A DNA stretch of 64,000 nucleotides from Ramazzottius varieornatus (lineage: Eukaryota; Animalia; Tardigrada), in NCBI GenBank assembly GCA_001949185.1, contig BDGG01000002.1:5880448-5944447 (forward strand), in the 5' to 3' direction. Position numbers and translations under genes: made by a program. Shown here in pieces: positions 56,102 to 64,000 of the stretch. How positions within the stretch are numbered: the first letter of the stretch is position 1; every line of letters begins with the position of its first letter. A model generated the notes under the pieces. That model saw nothing but the letters and a program-made list of their open reading frames with translations, was not told the DNA's origin and made no database searches.

Positions 56102-57045
56102 CGTTTGTCAGAGTGCAGACCTTCTGGAAAAGGAAACAGCCTTACCAACTACAGACATTCAACACACAGTGATATACGCACCAGAATGGCGGCCTTGACT
56201 CCGCTGTAGACCACGCAGATGAAGAGCAGAAGATACGCTAGATGCAGCTCCGTAACCGAGGTTCATCCGGTGGTCGATCTACGGAACTCTGCGTGTCAGA
56301 TGGATTTAGATGGGCGGCCGATAGCCACTCTGGAGGCAGCCTGTGGATCGCTCTTCAGGATTCGGCGCTCACCTGCCTCGGAGAGAAGAAGGAGAAGCTA
56401 GACGGTACAAAATGCAAAGTCCAAGGACACGTTTCAAATCTAATGATTTTACAGTTTAGTTTCCAAACACTAATTAAAGTTTCAAAATGGTTTCTTTCGG
56501 GTCAGCGCACCTGGGTCACCCCTGCTGCCCCTGGTCTTATTCAGCCTCACCAGTCCCCAGCCCCAGGCGCAGATATTGTTTGCCCGTTGGGGTCATGTCC
56601 AGTTCTGTTCGCATGATCAGCTGCAGCTTGCGAGCTTCCCAAACAAAGAGTGCTCCTCTAGTTTCATCTGCATTTGTATCAGAGATTCAAGGCGGAACTT
56701 GTGTTCTTGGTGTGGTTGGGTGCTGTGGACCTGTGCAGTGGTACCACCCTCCCGTGCGCGAGCTAGGCCTTCGGGCTACGCGATGATCATTAATCAGGTG
56801 CTTGGCCCGCATGTTGCGACAAGGTTTGCTGGTTAGCGAGCTCTGTGGCTTCTTATATATGGGAAGTTAACCACACTGATATAGTTTATCTAACCAGTGT
56901 TTGATGCAGGTAGTACCAAGTTCACGCCGTAGAAATACACCAACCATGGAACGTGCGACGTGACTGGGACCTCGTTTGGACCAGGTATCTCTGCTCGTCA
57001 ACCGGAAGTGCTCGATCAAGCGTGGTGTAGAAAATATTGGAAGCG

Positions 57046-58481
57046 ATGGATATAGAAGATGATCCCTTGGACAGCAACAGTTCTCTTGCTCCCCTGACTC
57101 CCGCTGACACGCATTGTAATCCTGGCGCACTAACCGACACTTTTGGTTTCCTGATCCAGCTTTCTCTTGGAGCTGTGGCCTTTGCCTTCCTTATCAGCAA
57201 GTCTCAATGGTTTTCTTCGTTTGTTGTACCTGATCTTCCAGATTCATGCATCATGGTGATCCTCTGTTTTCCGTTACAGTAAAACGATATTGCGAAAGGC
57301 GAGAAACTCGGCGACCGTGGCTGATTTGGTACGTGTGTTACACTTAGATAATTACTGATGGATTGTTCACCGGAAACGTGTTTCGTTCCAGGTCGTTCGA
57401 TACATCGAAGCAGGTGATTGCTTCGTTCGTTACCCACTTCGGCAACATCCTCATCTCGGAATACGGTGGAAAAGACCCTTGCAGCTGGTGGGTTCCCTTC
57501 GATATTGTTCTTCCGGAAGTAGCTGGTTATTGAGTTGCTATTGTGGACGATGAATGTCTTCCGGGTCCAGCTAGCAGCTAGACCATTAGCATGATCTTCT
57601 GTTATAGGTACTTCATCAACTTCATGGTGGATTCCACAGCGGGGCTCGTGATTATCTTTCTGGGCCTAGGGTTTAGCAATTACATAATCGTACGCTTTGG
57701 ATGGACGTTTCTCCAGTCCGGAGTTTACGGTAGGTTTTTCATACCGAAAAGCGGAAAAGCTTCTCGTCGAATTACTCTGAGTACGCACACGTTCTGGTTA
57801 TTAACTAACGCGCTCAGAATTATGTCGATCATCGTGCTCTAGAATTTGACAGATTTTGTGATATATGGTGTACGTTCGCGTTTTATATTGCAGGTTCTGC
57901 TACTTTATGGTCCCGGATAAAGTCATGGGTGGGGCAGGTCTTCGTTTACTGTTTGGTTTCTACCGTTGAGAAATGCATCACAGCTTCCTTGATGGTTGCT
58001 CTTTGGAAGCCCATGCAGGTTGGTCCTCTAGGAGCTGTCTCTTGTGGTATGCAGTGCTCACCAGATCAAAGTATCCCGCACAGACAAACAGAACTATTTG
58101 CTTTCAGAATTTGGTCATCTTGCCTCACGTGAATCCGAAACTGGAAGTACTAGTCGTCTTGTTGATTATCCCATTCTGTGTCAACGTAAGTCCTTTTTTT
58201 CACGAAACTCTTCTACGGCAAAGGTTCGCCGTGCAGTAATGACGTCTTGCTAACAGGTGATCGTATTTTGGATCATCGACAACTTGCTGATGAGACAAGG
58301 CAAGAAACTAGAAGCGATCAGCTCCGACGCCATCATCACAACCGGTGCTCAGCCCAACTTGACGTATGTCTCGGACCATTTTAACGACAGCGACCGTGAT
58401 GACATTGAACCGCTGTTTCCGGTGAATCGTCATGTAGGTGGAGCTTCCACTTCTCAGCATATCGATTACCCTGTTATATAA
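57046..58481 (+). CDS. STIMATE: Store-operated calcium entry regulator STIMATE/TMEM110; first intron GC-AG (57197-57279)
   Basis: C.PGALTDTFG.LIQ..LG.VAF..LI|KRYCE....RRPWLIW|SFDTSKQ...DPCSW|YFINFMVDST.G...SGVYG...WVGQ...EK...KLEVLVVLLIIPF.VN|VIVFWIIDNLLM. Confidence 0.93.
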
Positions 58482-59008
58482 AGTGTATAGTTTTTCGTCC
58501 GGCGAAGCTGCAACGTTAGGGGTAGCCCGTCAGTGTGATAACTTCCTCGTTTCCGCGACGTTGGAGTTCTTCGGTGTGGTTTCCAATTTTCGTTCTCTTT
58601 TTCAAGTTTTCTCGATGCATGAGATTAGACATTAGGCGCCAAAGGTTTTTGTTCTTGTCTCTCACCGGAACTGTACTGTTTTGCAAAACTGGACCAAGCA
58701 GAAGACTGTTTTTTATGTTACGCAAATAGCGTACATTGCACAGGTGTTAACCCCGGTGAAGCCGCAATGTAGAACGAAACAACAGCAAGATTTTCAGTCA
58801 GGAAAATTAACATAGGCAGTCGTTCATACTAAAAGACAGTACAAAACCAAGTCAGTCTTAGAGCCTCAACACCAAATTAGTCACATAGTAAATCCTGCAA
58901 CAATCGCAATTAACGTTAGAATCAAAGTGCGATCGAACAGAAACAAAAAACGTTCATTCGAGTAAAGAGAAACTAGAAACTAGTAAGTTCACCGTCACAG
59001 TTTTGGTT

Positions 59009-60481
59009 TCAGTTCTGCTTTTCGACCATTCTTTGGAGCAATTGGGTTAACAGTTTGGTTTGCTCTCGAGCAGCTTCCGCGTCCGCGGCTTTTCGAGCTT
59101 CGCGTTGCATTTCGAGGTCTAGTCTTTTCTCTTCGAGATTTGTTGTCTTCCGCATCAGCTCCATCTGCTGTAACAGAACAGCGGTAAAGGTTCGCAGACT
59201 CTCTGCGAGGTCGGACTGCCATGTATTATCGTTCTTGGGGATTCTAGAGAGGATGATGCGGTCAGCAATCAAAGTCCGGGCAACTCCACTGCCAGACTTT
59301 TCGGTCTCGCCTTCCGCTTGTTCCTGAGCCGCTGCTATTCCATTCTCGTCCTCTTGCATGGAATCTAAAAAGTCGAAACAGGGAGTAGCATCCACGGAAG
59401 TATGTCAACAATGGGGAAACAACGCAAGCGGAAACGCAGAAACCATACCTGTACCTTGTTCGTTTTGAGATGGAACTTCTTCTTCGAATGAAGGAAGCGT
59501 TGATGGGTCGTCAGCCCCGAGATCGCCATCCACCAAACCATTTGCAATGATCTCTTCGGCAACGGCGGTCCCAAAGGCATCCTGTACCATATAAAGAGAC
59601 TCAAGTCATACACTAACTCCACCGTAACTCTCAAAACACTTCGAGGTACACCCTTACATCGAAGAGCTGGTAATGCCTGTATGAAGTCACCCGTTTTTCC
59701 TGACGCATCAGTTTCTTCTTCTCCTTCTGTAAACGAAAACCAGCTGCACCCTTGAGGAGGACCAGTAAAGAAGACATTTCACATCATATGAAGCACCAAG
59801 CCGTGAACCTGCTCTCGTATCGCATACCACATATTTTTTCCGGGAGTTCTCGTAAGAGATCCGCAAGATGTCGGAGGACCTGTTGTCAAATTTCTGCCCG
59901 AAGTGTTCGTGCATTTCCCGACGAATCTTGTCCCACAATGCGTTCTTCTCCTGCTTGCTCTCCAGTTGCTTGAAATCATTCTCCATTCCAATTCTTGTTT
60001 TCAACAACCATCTACGATAGACAAGAATGCTCAAGAGAAGCAGGTAAGAATCAGCTGTTTGAGCATACCCATTACCCAAGACACGAGCAAACCATCACAT
60101 CGCCGGAAACGGATATGCCGTTTATTAAATCGCGATAACTGCTGGATATTGTCACTTACTTGATCTGTAGAATGGACAACGGTGGGCTTTTCGCTCCAGA
60201 CTTAGAGGTTCCGTTCGGCATTCTCGACATGGAGAGGAGCTCCTTTGTTGTAGACAGCAGAATTTCCGGCGCAATTTCAAATATGAATTGTTTCTTCGGT
60301 TCGGGAGGATACAGCAATCGTACATGGTATACCATGAGCTTGTACCTGCAAAACAGTGAACTCTGCATCGGCAGATCTGCAGACTTCCGAAACCTGATGT
60401 CATGGTATCCGTCGTGGGTAGACTTTACTCCCGGGGCGGTTGCTCTTCAAGCACCACTGCACCAGGGGTGAGTCTGCCCAT
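59009..60481 (-). CDS. Myb/SANT-like (trihelix/MADF-type) DNA-binding protein with C-terminal coiled coil, ~6 exons
   Basis: Phase-consistent GT-AG exons give WLLKTR..MENDFKQ...KNALWDKIRREMHE...RSSDILRISYENSRKKYV|KEKKK...YRHYQLFD|DAFG, an acidic linker, and a coiled coil (LEEKRLDLEMQREARK...TQLLQRM). The start codon is uncertain. Confidence 0.65.
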
Positions 60482-60762
60482 ATTCGAACTCGAAAATAGA
60501 AATTGTTCTGTTTGTGGTTTCTAAATCTTGAATTTTTACCGTGTTCTCATATGTCATCCCATTCTTTCCTCGGAGATGCGCTTTCGATTCTGTTGATACG
60601 GAGTCCCAGGAATAGAATAGAGAGTGTCAGAGGCTGAGTTCGCATGGGGAAGCAATTGTAGACACCCGCTTCCTCGTATCCCTCAATCAGTCGACTGCGC
60701 TCGTGTCTCGACGGTGTTTCCTTTGCAGATCGGAAGGATTTCTCCCATCTATCTCACTCGAA

Positions 60763-61423
60763 ATGGATCGGAACTATGGCTTCGGAAGTATGCGACCGCT
60801 TACACAAGGAGGACTATCGGACCATCAAAAGAATATCCAGCAGGTGAAATAGCAGTGATCGAAGTCTGCGTGTTGTACGAGTGCAGAGAGGCGTGATTCG
60901 CGTGGATTTAATGCAGTCCTGCTTCGGGAACCTACGCACAGTAACTGTAGAAGTGTTTTTTTTTCAGGACTGGGCAAATCGAGAGCTGATAGAAGTGATC
61001 ACTAGTTCGCTCAAGAAGATGACGGATTTCTTAAACCATTTCGGTACGTATCGTAGCATCAGAGCTAGGTGCTTCTATACTGTACAGCAGATCCCTTTTA
61101 GGAGTATGTTGTAATATAGTGTACTTATGTTTATGTTTGTATAGTGTACACTTGCCCGGAAGACGAAGATTAGATAAACAATATTTAGGATAGCATTTTT
61201 TTCCCCATAGATGTTACTTGCCGTGAACGCTTGTCTTTGATCAACGAAAGACTTTGCGTTCTGGAGCGAAAGGTGGATGTTCTGGAAGCAATGGTATGTG
61301 GTCATGCAGTGCGTTGTTCAGTCTGCACTTCCGCGTGTCTCTGAACCCGTTGTGAGTTTGGTCTTTGTGAGCTGTACAACCGGTTCTGTCTTTCAGGTGA
61401 CAAAGGGAGAGACTCTGTCGTAG
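60763..61423 (+). CDS. BRK1: BRICK1/HSPC300 subunit of the WAVE regulatory complex; exons 60763-60843, 60968-61043, 61211-61293, 61397-61423
   Basis: QKNIQQ|[25 protein letters not shown]|[28 protein letters not shown]|VTKGETLS*. The start may instead be ATG 60790. Confidence 0.94.
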
Positions 61424-61827
61424 TTGCTTTCAGGAAACGCCCGTTGGTTTCTGGAGGACTTCTGATGGGAAGACCTCGAACACAGTTCGAACCCAGTTGC
61501 AATTGTGCTTCTTCAAAGGCACAGAAGTACGCTGTCAGGCTTCAGGACTGGCCGACCATTTTCCTGTTTTCTTTGATCTTTTACTTCCATGTGTAACGGC
61601 TCATCACATGATGGTTTTAACTATGTCTGTACGACAGTATTTACGGGACCAAAGTCACCAAAAACGGCACTGATCAGTCACATGACAAACGCATGTTCGA
61701 CCATTCCGGAACGATGCTGCTAAAAATGAATTTAATAAAAGAGTATCGACAGGCCATGACTAAATAGCTGCTAAATTTTTCTAACGGAATCGTGGATAAA
61801 AGCACTCGAGAAAATGAAACAGAATAT

Positions 61828-62592
61828 TCATTTGTCTTTCTTGTACTTCTGCGCGGAGGTCATACGGTAAATGATGCTATCACGACCAGGATCCATATGC
61901 CACATGCCATAAGCAACTCCGTAGACGGTCAGTGCGATGGCCAGGGATGTCCAGAAGAGCAGATGGAATGCAGCTGGAGCGTCCAGCGGAATGTTGGCTT
62001 GTAGATACTCATTTGCTACACTCGGGGGCTGTGTGGTCGTTTCGACAGCTTGGCGTTTCCACCGAGAAGACTGCGCTTCAGGTACCTCTTTCCCAGCCGT
62101 AATGATTTGACATTGTTCCGAAGAGCTACCACAGAGATCTGCAACTAACTCGGGCAGGTTAAGCGGGTAGGACTGGAAGACGATCAGATCACCCAAGACG
62201 TTCTTCCTTCCATTGCGATAACTCTTGATTCGTTCTATCACTCCAACCCATGGATCCGTGGAGTGAGTTTGTTCAAGGTCGGTGAAGTATTGACTTTGTG
62301 ACGAGGTAAGGTTGTCACCGTCGAAGTGAACGTAAGCGGCAGTGGGATCTTTAGTTTCCAGATCACTTCCCAGCTCAAAGAGTTCCTCTTCGGCCAGCAT
62401 AGTCCCCGCTGAAGTGGCGGAGTCGGTCTCGTTGCTGAGAAGAATGATGACGGTTTGTGGCTTCTTCGAGTCAGTTGTCGAGAACCTTAGCCCGATCAGT
62501 TGGGCCACATGGTTCTTGGTGTCCACTTCACCGCTCACGAAAGATGTGCATGTGACCAGGGATAGAAGTAATATAAGCCAGTGCATTCCCAT
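61828..62592 (-). CDS. ATP6AP2: V-ATPase accessory protein 2 / (pro)renin receptor homologue, single coding exon
   Basis: Signal peptide, furin-like RWKR site, one TM segment (AFHLLFWTSLAIALTVYGVAY) and the diagnostic tail MDPGRDSIIYRMT. Confidence 0.92.
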   Translation of the reverse strand: MGMHWLILLLSLVTCTSFVSGEVDTKNHVAQLIGLRFSTTDSKKPQTVIILLSNETDSATSAGTMLAEEELFELGSDLETKDPTAAYVHFDGDNLTSSQSQYFTDLEQTHSTDPWVGVIERIKSYRNGRKNVLGDLIVFQSYPLNLPELVADLCGSSSEQCQIITAGKEVPEAQSSRWKRQAVETTTQPPSVANEYLQANIPLDAPAAFHLLFWTSLAIALTVYGVAYGMWHMDPGRDSIIYRMTSAQKYKKDK

Positions 62593-63089
62593 CTTGATAA
62601 ATCAGCTGGAGCAATTAGTGGCTACCATCCATGTAGATCGTCCTTCGTAAAGCTTCCTCAGCTCCCGGTTCGGCGCTCCACTCACGATAGCTGAAAGAAT
62701 ACAAGAACAAGCTGCTGAGGTAAACACGAATCACAAGAGATGGGTTCGAAGCAAGGCTTGGTTCGAGGTCCGAACTCTGGAACAACTCATTCGCCCCCAA
62801 ACACAATCGATGAATGAATGGGTTTATCGCAAATTCGCAATGACCGCATTCATCCCCATGTGTTATTCAGGGAGACGCCCTCCCCGGTGGTGGAGTACTG
62901 ACTTTCACGAGGGTTTGCTTGAGCTTCAGGAAATTTCACCCCCTTGTTTTGGTTTTTAACTTCCGAGCGCTAGGCTGCTAGCGCAGTAGCGCTTGTCCAG
63001 TTTGCCACTTTCAGACTCAAGTTCCGTAGATTTCCGACTTTCCCCACTTCTCCAAGCTGCAGTTCGTCAAGTTTACGCAGAGTGGAGAG

Positions 63090-63633
63090 ATGTCGTCTCA
63101 ACAGCGGAAGTCCCGGAAGCGAAAGGCCCGAACCATTGACGACGAGGTGGACAAAGGACGGCTGCGAGGAACTCAGCGGTGGCATATCGAGAAGATTATG
63201 GATTACCAGTAAGCGGGTTTTCTTATCTTGATAATTTGTCTTGTTTACGAGAAGAGAATTCTTGCGTTATGCAAAAATCCTGCGAAGGCCCATTGGGTGA
63301 AGAAAGAGGCTAACGGGATGACACGTTGATGTATTTCTCCTTTTTTGCAGTCTGTCTCAGGGTTGCTTCGACCCAAGCCGAGGGAAAAGGATGGTCTACT
63401 TCTCGGTGGCGTGGGAAGGTTACGGGGCGGACGAGCACACCATCGAGCCAGTGACTAACCTTCTGTCCTGTAAGAACAAGGTCTTGAAATTCCTGAAGGA
63501 GAAAGGACTGGAGCTGAAGATGGACCGCGCAACGGAAGAGGCTTGGCTTGTTGAGCGAGTTCCCCTGCTTCCGGTAGATCCGGGTTTTCCTACGGCTGAC
63601 TTGGCCAACCCAGTGGAGCATGATGTGCCATGA
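63090..63633 (+). CDS. Small chromodomain protein (~133 aa); exons 63090-63208, 63351-63633
   Basis: The phase-2 GT-AG intron joins MSSQQRKSRKRK...WHIEKIMDY|H...YFSVAWEGYGADEHTIEPVTNLLSC..KVLKF, matching the chromodomain pattern (x)EKI...Y.V.W.GY....T.EP..NL..C. Confidence 0.8.
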
Positions 63634-64000
63634 GGAGACTGCTCCGATCAGGCCTTGTTTTCCGCATGCTGTTTTCCTTCCCTAAATTCCGATGTTGTTG
63701 GATCTCGCTCCTCCTGTCCGACCGAACCTTCGCTCATACACTCTCTGCTTCTGTATCAGATTTTACGTACATTCGATGTAAGCTCAAGTTTTGCTGGTCT
63801 GCAGCTTTTGCGCGAATAGCCGGTTACGGTTAGATGCTGTCAGACACGGCAGTGTCATATATGTAGTCTGCTTTCACTGAGGGCGCGAACAAGGAAGCAA
63901 ACTACTATCCGTTTCACTCAGTGATGTGTCAACTGTCTACAATGGCTAAGTCAGGGAACTTCCCTAAATCAACTTCGCACGTCGCCAAAGACCCGTCTCT

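Overview
Eukaryotic (animal) genomic DNA, gene-dense, about mid-GC, with mostly very short (about 50-150 nt) GT-AG introns. This style fits a compact invertebrate genome such as a eutardigrade, but the taxon is an unverified inference. By hand-splicing I reconstructed 19 protein-coding genes: PSMD3 (3' part), DYRK2, EEF1AKMT2/METTL10, RAB7, MANF, UBE2D, an SLC6 GABA-subfamily transporter, SLC35B4, MRPL10, a PCTAIRE kinase (CDK16/17/18), RAB43/19, an ALYREF-like RRM protein, ARL8, TATDN2, STIMATE/TMEM110, a Myb/SANT-like protein, BRK1, ATP6AP2 and a small stand-alone chromodomain protein. The only gene-poor part (about 4.8-19.9 kb) appears to hold the long 5' region of DYRK2 plus a repeat-rich patch, including a hAT-type MITE with an 8-bp TSD and two near-identical inverted copies of a ~440-bp repeat. 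A TA-flanked Tc1/mariner-type MITE lies at 33.4-34.3 kb. The best leads are: an SLC6 transporter with Asp at the GAT1-N327/SERT-N368 position and an altered TM1; strong enrichment of the CCGGAAGT (ETS-like) motif in small introns; a gene set whose human orthologues map to one ancient paralogon; a Rab with a CKxD G4 motif; an orphan chromodomain microprotein; and several uORF-bearing leaders. No tRNA, rRNA or CRISPR feature was supported. Exon boundaries were inferred by eye and need RNA-seq confirmation.
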